IMG/VR virus record: IMGVR_UViG_3300039066_000017
Location: 1-47,271 of that record
DNA: 47,271 nt
Strand: one strand, 5' to 3'
From: a virus
Taxonomy: Duplodnaviria > Caudoviricetes
This document shows positions 29,088 to 37,808 of the stretch, one piece after another (position 1 is the first letter of the stretch; every line of letters starts with the position of its first letter). Under the pieces are notes generated by a model. That model did no database searches and was not told the DNA's origin. It was given only the letters and a program-made list of their open reading frames with translations. The translations under genes and the position numbers were made by a program.

Positions 29088-30050
29088 ATGAGAGTATTAA
29101 GTTTATTTGATGGAATGTCGTGTGGTCAGTTAGCACTCAAAAAAGCTGGAGTTAATGTTTCAGCCTACTATGCTTGTGAGATTGATAAACATGCAATCAA
29201 GATTACCCAAAAGAATTTCCCTGAGACTATTCAGCTTGGAGATGTAACTAAGGTAGGCTTCAAAAGCATTGGCCCTATCGACCTGGTAATAGGTGGTAGT
29301 CCATGTCAAGGCTTCTCATTCGCTGGCAAACAACTAAACTTTGAAGATCCTAGGTCTAAACTATTCTTTGAATTTGTAAGAGCTATAAACGAAGCTAGTC
29401 CTAAGTATTTCCTTCTAGAAAATGTAAAAATGAAGAAAGAGTCTGAAGATGTAATTTCAGATTACTTAGGAGTTTCACCTGTTGAGATTAATTCAGGATT
29501 AGTTTCAGCTCAAAATAGAAAGAGACTTTACTGGAGCAACTTACCAGTCACTCAACCTGAAGATAAAGGCATAAAGCTAAAAGATATTGTCCTCTCTGAA
29601 ACTATCCCTGTAGCACTCCATAATATCTATGGTGGATTTAAGGAAAAATCAGTCAGGGTATTCACTGAAAAATCACCCACCCTCAGAACAGCAGCTGGTG
29701 GTGGTCATATCCCATATTTCATTAAAGAGAAGTTGATTCATAGTCAGGCAGCAATTGATTATATGAATAGAACTGTTCACGGTGGAAGAACTCATTGGGA
29801 CTTTAAACATCACTCAGACATTAGAAATGATAAATCATCAGCCCTTGTAGCTAATCTATTTAAGGGAGTTCCTTATAATGTGTTCAAGGATTGGGATGTG
29901 ATTAGAAAGTTTCACCCTGTTGAGTGTGAGAGACTTCAAACTCTACCAGATAATTATACCGATGGAGTATCAGACACTCAAAGATACAAGATGATTGGTA
30001 ATGGATGGACAGTAGATGTTATTGCTCACATCTTTAAAGGTCTTAGATGA
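29088..30050 (+). CDS. DNA (cytosine-5) methyltransferase
   Basis: LSLFDG motif I, GGSPCQGFS catalytic motif, LENV, QNRKR, ECERLQ, GNGW. Confidence 0.96.
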   Translation: MRVLSLFDGMSCGQLALKKAGVNVSAYYACEIDKHAIKITQKNFPETIQLGDVTKVGFKSIGPIDLVIGGSPCQGFSFAGKQLNFEDPRSKLFFEFVRAINEASPKYFLLENVKMKKESEDVISDYLGVSPVEINSGLVSAQNRKRLYWSNLPVTQPEDKGIKLKDIVLSETIPVALHNIYGGFKEKSVRVFTEKSPTLRTAAGGGHIPYFIKEKLIHSQAAIDYMNRTVHGGRTHWDFKHHSDIRNDKSSALVANLFKGVPYNVFKDWDVIRKFHPVECERLQTLPDNYTDGVSDTQRYKMIGNGWTVDVIAHIFKGLR

Positions 30051-30250
30051 CTCAAACTGTAGACGCTCATTACTACATTGATAAGTCATGCCTACATAAA
30101 GCTAATCTCAGTGAAGATGAGGCTAATGCTGTAGTTGATACTGAAGCTAGAAATAATCGAGTTATCTATTACTACAAATGCCAATTGTGTGGAAGCTACC
30201 ATCTCACTCATGTTGAACCATTTCAGAATAATAAGCTGAACATTATATAA
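30047..30250 (+). CDS. Zn-ribbon hypothetical protein
   Basis: YYYKCQLCGSYHLT. Confidence 0.7.
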   Translation: MTQTVDAHYYIDKSCLHKANLSEDEANAVVDTEARNNRVIYYYKCQLCGSYHLTHVEPFQNNKLNII

Positions 30251-30260
30251 GGAGAAATTT

Positions 30261-30485
30261 ATGCATCCAGATGGTGTCTCAAGTGGAAGTAGAATGGTTA
30301 ATGATGAAGAGAAAGCTCAATTGAAATATGGAAAGTCAGTGACTGGAGATATTAGAGAGCTACAAGAGCAGTTAGAAGTGGTTAAGGCTGAGCTTAAAAA
30401 AGTGATGAGATATGAGGATTATTTTACAGATAAGCTAGATGACCTTAAACCACTTATCAATTCAGGACTACAGGAGGTTCTATGA
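30261..30485 (+). CDS. Hypothetical protein
   Basis: RBS aaggag. Confidence 0.65.
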   Translation: MHPDGVSSGSRMVNDEEKAQLKYGKSVTGDIRELQEQLEVVKAELKKVMRYEDYFTDKLDDLKPLINSGLQEVL

Positions 30486-30661
30486 GTAATAGACTAGATG
30501 AACTTGCTGAGAAGTTTGGAGATGATCATGTAGTAAGACTGGTCGATAAGTTTATTGACAAGGGATTAAGGAGTGTTGAACGAATTGAGCATTACTCAGA
30601 TGAGGAGTACGAGTTTTTCAGAGAGCTGACCATCTATATGAGAGAGTGTCTTTATGAGTAA
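30482..30661 (+). CDS. Hypothetical protein (59 aa, absent from ORF track)
   Basis: MSNRLDELAEKFGDDHVV...; RBS aggagg, ATGA overlap. Confidence 0.65.
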   Translation: MSNRLDELAEKFGDDHVVRLVDKFIDKGLRSVERIEHYSDEEYEFFRELTIYMRECLYE

Positions 30662-30836
30662 CGAACAAAAGGTAATTAACTTTACCTACGACTGTCTACT
30701 CAACACTAACGCTTATAAGAAGGCTATGAGACAAGCTACGTTTGAAATTATCGCCTACGGTAAATCAACTGTTGATATGGATAGAGTAGCTGAAGAAATA
30801 GTTAAAGAAATGGAAGGTAAAAATGAACATATATAA
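30654..30836 (+). CDS. Hypothetical protein
   Basis: Overlapping chain of small ORFs. Confidence 0.6.
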   Translation: MSNEQKVINFTYDCLLNTNAYKKAMRQATFEIIAYGKSTVDMDRVAEEIVKEMEGKNEHI

Positions 30837-31032
30837 GATGACTGTCTTTGTTTATGATCATGAAGGACTACAAGAGCCTGAAATAATCGACCTGATTGAA
30901 AATAACAAATATCTCACTGTCAACATTGAAAAAGCTGAATCTATATACGTTCCTGATTGGAGTGATGATCATCCTACCAATAAGATGGGTGTCGATATGA
31001 ACAAATGGTGGAGTGAAAATTATGTCGGATAA
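30823..31032 (+). CDS. Hypothetical protein
   Basis: DWSDDHP.N motif of a phage small-protein type; overlapping chain. Confidence 0.65.
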   Translation: MNIYKMTVFVYDHEGLQEPEIIDLIENNKYLTVNIEKAESIYVPDWSDDHPTNKMGVDMNKWWSENYVG

Positions 31033-31186
31033 TCATGAGTGTGACCAATGTAAAGACTCTCCAGATATCCTCTACCTTAAACGTGGTGAGAAGATTGATA
31101 ACTGGTATTGCTTGAAGTGTTTCACTGGAATGGGTGAAAAAGTAATTTGTTATTCATGTGAGGAGGGTTTTCATGAGCCTAAATGA
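31022..31186 (+). CDS. Zn-finger-like protein (54 aa, absent from ORF track)
   Basis: Three CxxC pairs: CDQC, CLKC, CYSC. Confidence 0.6.
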   Translation: MSDNHECDQCKDSPDILYLKRGEKIDNWYCLKCFTGMGEKVICYSCEEGFHEPK

Positions 31187-31529
31187 ACTAACAAGCCAAC
31201 TATTTAAAGAATATCACGACAAGTTGAACGAGCTTACCGAGCTACAATTCAGACAAGCAATAGTAGAAGCTGTCTCTAGTGGTGATTTTATGGTTCACGT
31301 TATCAAGCGACCTACAGGATATATGACCATCAAGAAAGATGGTGGTGGTGCAAATATCATGCATGAACAAGCTGTAACTTACCTTCCATATAGAAAAGTG
31401 ACTAACCTAGAAATGAAAATAACTAGACTGGAGTATGCTCTCAATATGGCCATTGATGAGTTATCTAAATATCCAGGTGAAGAGAATGCTGGTCACATAA
31501 TTAGAAGTAAATGGAGTCTCTATGAATAA
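31173..31529 (+). CDS. Hypothetical protein
   Basis: Start re-called to ATG 31173 after aggagg. Confidence 0.65.
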   Translation: MSLNELTSQLFKEYHDKLNELTELQFRQAIVEAVSSGDFMVHVIKRPTGYMTIKKDGGGANIMHEQAVTYLPYRKVTNLEMKITRLEYALNMAIDELSKYPGEENAGHIIRSKWSLYE

Positions 31530-31746
31530 GAAAGTAAGTAGCATTAAAGTTATTAAAGCATTTAAAGATTTATATATGCTTCATCATGGTCAAATTAAAC
31601 ATTGGGCTGGTGTATTTAATAGATGTCTAGACTGTAATTCTCTTTATCCAGTAGGTGGTAATTGGAATGAAGGTAAAGATGGATGTGTAGTATGTAACGC
31701 TAACAAGATCTTAAATGAGATAGGAGCTATTGATGTCAAAATCTAG
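31522..31746 (+). CDS. Hypothetical protein with two CxxC
   Basis: CLDC...CVVC; overlapping chain. Confidence 0.6.
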   Translation: MNKKVSSIKVIKAFKDLYMLHHGQIKHWAGVFNRCLDCNSLYPVGGNWNEGKDGCVVCNANKILNEIGAIDVKI

Positions 31747-31954
31747 TTTTATACCTTGTTGTAGCTACTGTAAGCAGAGAGTAACCATAGTTAAGTCTGT
31801 TAAAGGTATGCATTATTGTGAAGCTCATAAAGATAAAGCTCCTACTCGTGAACAGTATGAAGCATTCATGAGTGAGAAATTAACTCCAAAGTCTAGACAC
31901 TATGACTACTTTGGTAAAAGAGAAAATAAAGGTTATAAGGTGTTTTTCAGATGA
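31730..31954 (+). CDS. Hypothetical Zn-binding protein
   Basis: CSYC...YCEAH; RBS aggag. Confidence 0.6.
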   Translation: MMSKSSFIPCCSYCKQRVTIVKSVKGMHYCEAHKDKAPTREQYEAFMSEKLTPKSRHYDYFGKRENKGYKVFFR

Positions 31955-32421
31955 AGCTCTTACCACTCACTAATAGCACCAAGTCCACCATCGTTGATGA
32001 TGATGCTTACGAATGGGCTAGTAAGTATAGGTGGATATTGGATGCCTCTGGTTATGCATCAAGGTCTAACAGTACTGACAAGAATTTACCTAAAATGATT
32101 AGACTCCATAGAGAGATAATGAACCATCCAGAGGGTCAGTCTATTGACCATAAGGATAGGGATAAATTAAACAACCAGAAGTCTAACTTGAGAATATGTA
32201 CTCCATCTCAGAACATGGCTAATAAATCAAAAACTCATGGCTCCAGTAGATTTAAAGGAGTCTCATGGGTTAAAGATAAAATGAAGTGGTGTGCATTCAC
32301 TAAGAAGAATAGAAAAACTATCCCTCTAGGATGTTTCAATGATGAAGTTGAAGCTGCTAAAGTCTACAACACAAAAATGAGAGAGCTACATGGCGAATTT
32401 GCGCTACTTAATGAAGTATAG
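31951..32421 (+). CDS. HNH endonuclease with AP2 domain
   Basis: RLHREIM...IDHKDRDKLNNQKSNLR...SSRFKGV...LG.F..E.EAA..YN...HGEFA.LN. Confidence 0.93.
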   Translation: MKLLPLTNSTKSTIVDDDAYEWASKYRWILDASGYASRSNSTDKNLPKMIRLHREIMNHPEGQSIDHKDRDKLNNQKSNLRICTPSQNMANKSKTHGSSRFKGVSWVKDKMKWCAFTKKNRKTIPLGCFNDEVEAAKVYNTKMRELHGEFALLNEV

Positions 32422-32614
32422 ACGATGTTACTTTTGTGGAAGTGATAAGTGTGGAGGATGTAATGTTGAGCCACTAACCTACCTTGAGGTTAAAGCTGAG
32501 CTAATGAATGCGAATGAGTTCAGGCATGGCAACTTACCATCATACTTGTTGTCCAGTAGATTAAGCCTAGTAATATCCCATTCTGGCCTAAGTGCCTCAC
32601 CACTAGCTGGATAA
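32411..32614 (+). CDS. Hypothetical Cys-rich protein
   Basis: MKYRRCYFCGSDKCGGC; 3' half overlaps the convergent ORF 32479..32766. Confidence 0.4.
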   Translation: MKYRRCYFCGSDKCGGCNVEPLTYLEVKAELMNANEFRHGNLPSYLLSSRLSLVISHSGLSASPLAG

Positions 32615-32766
32615 TAACCTGTGTGAAGTAGTATCTCCTCGTCTGAGAGATTAGTTATTGTAGGATGGAATGACCTTTTCTCTACTATTGCACCTAGTGG
32701 CTGTGGCGATACATAACCATTGCCACTCTCATTAACCTTGATGAAGTAGATAACCCTGCTCATCAC
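32479..32766 (-). CDS. Hypothetical protein
   Basis: Start overlaps the stop of the wHTH gene. Confidence 0.5.
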   Translation of the reverse strand: MMSRVIYFIKVNESGNGYVSPQPLGAIVEKRSFHPTITNLSDEEILLHTGYYPASGEALRPEWDITRLNLLDNKYDGKLPCLNSFAFISSALTSR

Positions 32767-33332
32767 TTCTTAACCTTACAATTCAACACATAAGTTCCAC
32801 CACCCAAACTCTCAATACGAGACTTCAAGATAGGAAATTGTCTACGAAGATTACTAAGTCTAGTTAACAATGAATGTGAAGATCCTAGATTAAATGGTTG
32901 GCCACAATGACTAGCTAATCCATATAACACCTTAAACTCTGCTGGAGCTATACGAGTAGACTCACCACCAATAATAACTTCCTTATTAGCTGGTATAAGA
33001 TGAAACTCCTCCAGGTGAATATCTGGCAAAGCTCCTAACCCTATCTTCTCAAATGTACCATCAGACTCTAATGGTGATGAATATTGAAGCTTAATTAGCT
33101 GAAGTGAGTCATTAACTCTTTTTAGAGTAGAGTCTAGTCCATCCTTAACTGGTGAAGGAATAGAATTTAAGTCTTTAATGGTAAGTGATATCTGAAGCAA
33201 TGTAGCCTCAATATCCTCAATATGTTTAATTATTTCAGGGTTAAAACCCATAGAACTATCTACCCTTGATAACATCAGAGATATGTCACTTAATGACTTA
33301 TCCAATATGTCAAAGTCATTACCTCTAGACAT
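32763..33332 (-). CDS. Transcriptional regulator with C-terminal OmpR/PhoB-type winged helix
   Basis: EVIIGGESTRIAPAEFKVLYGL...LTRLSNLRRQF...IESLGGGTYVL; helical N-terminus with no receiver domain. Confidence 0.7.
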   Translation of the reverse strand: MSRGNDFDILDKSLSDISLMLSRVDSSMGFNPEIIKHIEDIEATLLQISLTIKDLNSIPSPVKDGLDSTLKRVNDSLQLIKLQYSSPLESDGTFEKIGLGALPDIHLEEFHLIPANKEVIIGGESTRIAPAEFKVLYGLASHCGQPFNLGSSHSLLTRLSNLRRQFPILKSRIESLGGGTYVLNCKVKK

Positions 33333-33586
33333 AGTAAGCCTTGTGTAAGGAAGGGTTAAGTATGATAGTAATCATCGGGTTAGTCATCTTAATTACCAAA
33401 AATTCAACAGTTATAGATAGTGACTTATACCACCAGAATAATATAACCACATCACAATATGTAAACATTATCTAGTTTTAATAGGACTAAGTAATATCGA
33501 CCAATCAAAAAAAATTTATGTGAAGGTAATACTAATTACTATTTAATAATCACCAGTACCTTACCCTCCCCCCTTAAACCTGGACT

Positions 33587-33871
33587 AATCAACCACTTGC
33601 CTAACTACCTATAAATACTAGGGTGTGATATAGAGTGAAGACTATATATCTCTCTGATATTTAACCCTTAGACCTTAACGCACTACACCGCATAGTACTA
33701 CGATAGAACTATTTATTTTTAATATAATGACACTACCATTATTAGACTTATTACTATCATTATTAGTTATGACCACTATTGTTATCATCATCACTAACGC
33801 TCATCATTATTAATCTAATCTCATCACTTACTATAACCACTGAACAGGAGCAGAATTGTAAGTACTTGATA
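33587..33871. promoter_or_regulatory. IHF consensus sites (WATCAANNNNTTR)
   Basis: AATCAAccacTTG 33587-33599 (+) and TATCAAgtacTTA 33859-33871 (-). Confidence 0.5.
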
Positions 33872-33997
33872 TCACATTAGCCTGTAAATATTTCATCACT
33901 GAATTATACCTACCTAACTACTTGAATTAATAGCTAAACTTAAAGATATATTGATGATTGGTGATGTGATATGTTAAATAATTCTCTATATCACACC
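33622..33997. repeat. 14-bp perfect inverted repeat ggtgtgatatagag / ctctatatcacacc
   Basis: Arms at 33622-33635 and 33984-33997; extra TGTGATAT half-sites at 33869-33876 and 33965-33972. Confidence 0.85.
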
Positions 33998-34068
33998 GAT
34001 TAGGTATATACTGTCACCAACACTAACCAAGTGACTGAATGAGTCACTGATAAACACTGAGGTATAAA

Positions 34069-34251
34069 ATGAAAAACACAATTAAATCAATCGTAGCAGT
34101 AACAGTAGCTCCTATCCTTCTTTCAGTAATGTTTCACTCTAATCAAATTAAAGTGACAGCTCCTAATAGAACTCCAGCTGTTGAGACTAAGGTAGTTAAA
34201 CATGACCTTAAATCTAATATCACTTCTTACCTAGTAGCAGTTTCAAAATAA
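34069..34251 (+). CDS. Small secreted or membrane-anchored protein, first early gene
   Basis: RBS gagg; signal-peptide-like N-terminus then NRTPA. Confidence 0.65.
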   Translation: MKNTIKSIVAVTVAPILLSVMFHSNQIKVTAPNRTPAVETKVVKHDLKSNITSYLVAVSK

Positions 34252-34306
34252 TCGTTAGTAACAATTTAACCCTAGAGCTTAATTGCTCATGACCATAGGA
34301 GTATTT

Positions 34307-34933
34307 ATGAATAGAACTTTTAACATCTCTAACCACTTCATTACTGCGCTTGTTAATTCTGATGAGAGTGGACTAGAAGCTAGTGACTCAATAGCTCTAA
34401 ATGAATTCGTAGTAAGGAACAAGATTAAACATACTATTTGCCCTGATAACACTGAGACTAATTTTAGTCGTGACCAGGTAACAGGCCTAATGAGTGACTG
34501 TCTAGAAGTTACTTGTGAGATTAATGAAGAAGATGACTTTGAAGAACTAGCTAAAACTCTAGCTCTAGCTATTCACTTAGACTGTTCAATGGATGAAGCT
34601 ACTACTGCTATCGGTAATAATGATTACTCTGTTCTTACTGATGATGAGGCTGATGATGCTGCTGCTGAATATATTCTAGACTCTGTTTGGGCTTTTAATC
34701 CCTCATTCTTGTCAGCTCATATTAGTTCACTTGATGAGGATGATATTGAGCTTATTCAACAGAGCTGCGAGTCTTCTAATAAAGCACTAGTTAAACTAAT
34801 TGATGATGTAGACCACTTTATTAAAGACGCTATCTCTAGCGATGGTCGAGGTCACTTCCTATCATCATATGATGGTGAGGAGAATGAGGTAACAGTGGCT
34901 GGAGTAACTTACTATATCTACCGTATTAACTAA
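34307..34933 (+). CDS. Highly acidic early protein
   Basis: Start re-called to ATG 34307 after aggag; D/E-rich; DGRGHFLSSYDGEE motif. Confidence 0.75.
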   Translation: MNRTFNISNHFITALVNSDESGLEASDSIALNEFVVRNKIKHTICPDNTETNFSRDQVTGLMSDCLEVTCEINEEDDFEELAKTLALAIHLDCSMDEATTAIGNNDYSVLTDDEADDAAAEYILDSVWAFNPSFLSAHISSLDEDDIELIQQSCESSNKALVKLIDDVDHFIKDAISSDGRGHFLSSYDGEENEVTVAGVTYYIYRIN

Positions 34934-34980
34934 TCTCTCAAGGCTTGTTCGGATCTTAAAACTTAATAAAAGGGAATTAT

Positions 34981-35664
34981 ATGAAAACTAAACTTACTCT
35001 TAACCTACTTGAAACAATTGTTAGAATCTCTAAATCAGCGTCTACTGACCAGACTCGACCTAATATAAATGTAGTACATGTTATTAAACGTGGTGATTCT
35101 ATCCTGGTAGAGGCTGTTGATGGTTACATTTTAGCAAGACAGGAACTAGTTGGTGATATCTCTAGTATCTCAGAAGAAGGTATATCTATCTGGTCACACG
35201 ATATGCCTAATCTGAAAAAGTTTATCAAGACTCATAAAGCATTTAATACTTTTTACGCTAATATTGAATCCCATAAAATTACCATCTACCCTGTTGGGTT
35301 ATCAGACTCGCTAGTGATTGGTCTAACGGAGAGAGAATTTCCTAGAGTAGACATTGTTATTCCCAAGGATAGACCGAACACTGTTACGGTAGGTATTAAC
35401 CCTGAATATTTAATGACCCTCTTTGAATCTCTCAAGACAGATAAAAGACAGTGTAATGTTGAGTTATCATTTGACCTTAATAACTTACTAGCTCCTGTGA
35501 CTGTTAAAGTTCTAAATAATGTTAAGGATAAAGACGGTAACTTTGTTCAGGTTCAAGCTGTAAATCAGACTGGAGTAATCATGGGAGTTAAGACTGATAA
35601 TATGGGTATTAAGGGCAAGTTGGCTGAGTCTAAGAAGTCTAAAAAGTCTAGTGAGGTTGCTTAA
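34981..35664 (+). CDS. Sliding clamp (DnaN)-like protein, two-domain length
   Basis: ASTDQTRPNINVVHV...VEAVDGYILA, FPRVDIVIP, GINPEYL, P......GVIM resemble beta-clamp domain 2/3 motifs. Confidence 0.65.
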   Translation: MKTKLTLNLLETIVRISKSASTDQTRPNINVVHVIKRGDSILVEAVDGYILARQELVGDISSISEEGISIWSHDMPNLKKFIKTHKAFNTFYANIESHKITIYPVGLSDSLVIGLTEREFPRVDIVIPKDRPNTVTVGINPEYLMTLFESLKTDKRQCNVELSFDLNNLLAPVTVKVLNNVKDKDGNFVQVQAVNQTGVIMGVKTDNMGIKGKLAESKKSKKSSEVA

Positions 35665-36058
35665 TATGAAACTAATACTAACATACGAACTTCCAGGTGT
35701 AACTTTTAACGGTAACAAGACGTTTAAAGGTAAGGCTAAATTTATCAAGATGATTAATGATAGCGACCTTAATATTCCACTTATACGTCTAGAATTCACT
35801 GGTGATGAGTTTGATGCTGATGATGCTGTTGAATTACTTAAGAGTCACTTGGAAAAACTTGAAGGTATTGACCTAAGTGTAATTATCGCTGAGGTTAAGG
35901 CTCAATTTGAAGAAGGTCTAGATGAGTATTCTAATTTTGATTCATTCTTTGCTGCTATTGACGTTAGCAATAGTTATGAGGATGACTGGAGTGAATTAAG
36001 TGAGATGCTTAAGCCTCTATACCTACTAGCGTACCGTCAAATTAAAGGAATTAAATAA
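35651..36058 (+). CDS. Acidic hypothetical protein (start probably the internal Met, MKLIL)
   Basis: D/E-rich C-half; gagg precedes the internal Met. Confidence 0.65.
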   Translation: MRLLNMKLILTYELPGVTFNGNKTFKGKAKFIKMINDSDLNIPLIRLEFTGDEFDADDAVELLKSHLEKLEGIDLSVIIAEVKAQFEEGLDEYSNFDSFFAAIDVSNSYEDDWSELSEMLKPLYLLAYRQIKGIK

Positions 36059-36059
36059 T

Positions 36060-37043
36060 ATGGAACTTACAAAAATATTTAAGCCTGTAGCTGATAAACA
36101 ATCACTAGCTGAGCTATTCGTACAATCTTACTCTAACCCTAAAACTCAAGTACCTTATAGACTAGCTCTCAAGAGATTCTATGAGTACTTAACCAGGTCT
36201 GAAATTGAATCATTGAATGAAGTGACTCTAGAGGTGGCTGAGATGTTTAAGGCTGATTTAGAGATGGATTACTCTCCCAAGACTTGTTCAATGACTATCG
36301 CTACAGTCAAAGAGTTCTACCAATGGATTAAGGTTAGACTGGATAACTCTAATGGACTTAAGGAACATCTAGGCCTAGCTGACCGTGACTGGATTAACAT
36401 GGAGATTCTATCTCTTAAGAACACTAAGGTATGTAGTCGTGAACAACATACTGCCACTCTAACTGAGAATGAAGCTAAAAAGTTATTAGAAGTAGCTTAT
36501 AATCAGACAGATAAATTTCAGTCTAATCAATCTAAGATTATGCTTCTCATTATGTTAAATGCTGGTCTGAGAGTTCAAGAGTTAACTCAACTTAAGCTTA
36601 CTTCACTCCAGGTTAAGCAAGGTCAATTCGTTATATCTATCATTGGTAAGGGTATGAGAAGAAGACTTATATCACTATCAAAGAGTGTAACTATTGAGCT
36701 CCAGTCTATATTTAATGAATGTAACTTCCAAGATGATCACTACCTCATGCAAGGACAAGACAATGCTAGTAACTCTAACCCTCTTAAGCCTATTACTGCT
36801 GCCAATATCTGGAAGCGTATTAAGCGTCTATCATCTCAAGCTAAAATAGATAAAGATATCTCACCTCACTCATTAAGACGTACATGCGCTACTATTATGT
36901 ATAAACGTAAAGCTCCTATCGAGACTATTCAACGAGTACTTGGTCACGACAATGCTCAAACTACTCAGCGTTATATTGATATGGAAATTGATATGGAAGT
37001 ATCAGCTGAATATGCATTAGACCTAACTGGAGAGGCTGTATAA
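36060..37043 (+). CDS. XerC/D-like tyrosine recombinase
   Basis: GLRVQEL, IIGKG, SPHSLRRT, LGH...TTQRY; SAM-like N-terminal domain. Confidence 0.93.
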   Translation: MELTKIFKPVADKQSLAELFVQSYSNPKTQVPYRLALKRFYEYLTRSEIESLNEVTLEVAEMFKADLEMDYSPKTCSMTIATVKEFYQWIKVRLDNSNGLKEHLGLADRDWINMEILSLKNTKVCSREQHTATLTENEAKKLLEVAYNQTDKFQSNQSKIMLLIMLNAGLRVQELTQLKLTSLQVKQGQFVISIIGKGMRRRLISLSKSVTIELQSIFNECNFQDDHYLMQGQDNASNSNPLKPITAANIWKRIKRLSSQAKIDKDISPHSLRRTCATIMYKRKAPIETIQRVLGHDNAQTTQRYIDMEIDMEVSAEYALDLTGEAV

Positions 37044-37375
37044 TGACTACTCAACAGAATAAACTATTAAGACTCAATTGGGTTAAGAGTATAACCCTAC
37101 CTACTAATGATGAGATGAGAATGGTCCTGGTGGACTTACCTACTTCATTACATCCAATGATAGATGACTACTTAACCATCAAAGAGCGACAAGATCTTCT
37201 AGAGAGATATGGCTGGATTAAGATTGTTACAGCAGTTACTGGTCAGAAGTATTGTTACTCAGCTAATCCTATTCGTATGAACAAAGAGCTTAAGGAATGG
37301 CTATCTCAAGCCTCATTTATGATGGATGTGACTGTTCATATGAAGATATCAAACACTGGTGAGAGTTACTTATAG
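37043..37375 (+). CDS. Hypothetical protein
   Basis: TAATG coupling to the recombinase gene, RBS ggagagg. Confidence 0.65.
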   Translation: MTTQQNKLLRLNWVKSITLPTNDEMRMVLVDLPTSLHPMIDDYLTIKERQDLLERYGWIKIVTAVTGQKYCYSANPIRMNKELKEWLSQASFMMDVTVHMKISNTGESYL

Positions 37376-37438
37376 CTCTTAAGAATAATTGAGTATCACC
37401 AAATATGAATGAGTTTATAATTAGACTCTAACAAAGGA

Positions 37439-37804
37439 ATGGTAATGAAACTTCTATCTCTACTTCTAATCTTAACATTAAGCTCATGTGGTAAATCTGG
37501 AGGTGGAGGTAGTAATTGTTCACCTACTAAGGAACTAATGTCTACCTGGACATCTAGAACTACAGGCACTGTATTTAATATGAGTGGATGTTCTATTGGA
37601 AGTGTTTGTGAAGTTAAGTATGGAGCTGGAGCTTGTGATGATAATAGAGGTGACTTTCTAATGTTAGTCAGAGCTGATGGTACTGCTCTAATGGGTAATT
37701 GTTCAGCTACAGTCCAGTTAGATTCAGCTTCATATAAACTCTCATGTAATAATACTCTAACTCTAAAGTATAATTCAGATGGAGAGGTTGAAATATTTGA
37801 TTAG
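37439..37804 (+). CDS. Cys-rich lipoprotein
   Basis: MKLLSLLLILTLSS-C lipobox, GKSGGGGS linker, six further Cys. Confidence 0.8.
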   Translation: MVMKLLSLLLILTLSSCGKSGGGGSNCSPTKELMSTWTSRTTGTVFNMSGCSIGSVCEVKYGAGACDDNRGDFLMLVRADGTALMGNCSATVQLDSASYKLSCNNTLTLKYNSDGEVEIFD

Positions 37805-37808
37805 TAGT

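Noticed and set aside
2593-32421. Three HNH endonucleases as intron-encoded elements
   Set aside because: All are free-standing between intact genes, with no split host gene or group I intron core apparent; common in phages
33952-33979. dif-like site ending ATATGTTAAAT
   Set aside because: Resembles the XerD arm only; no XerC-like arm or dyad symmetry
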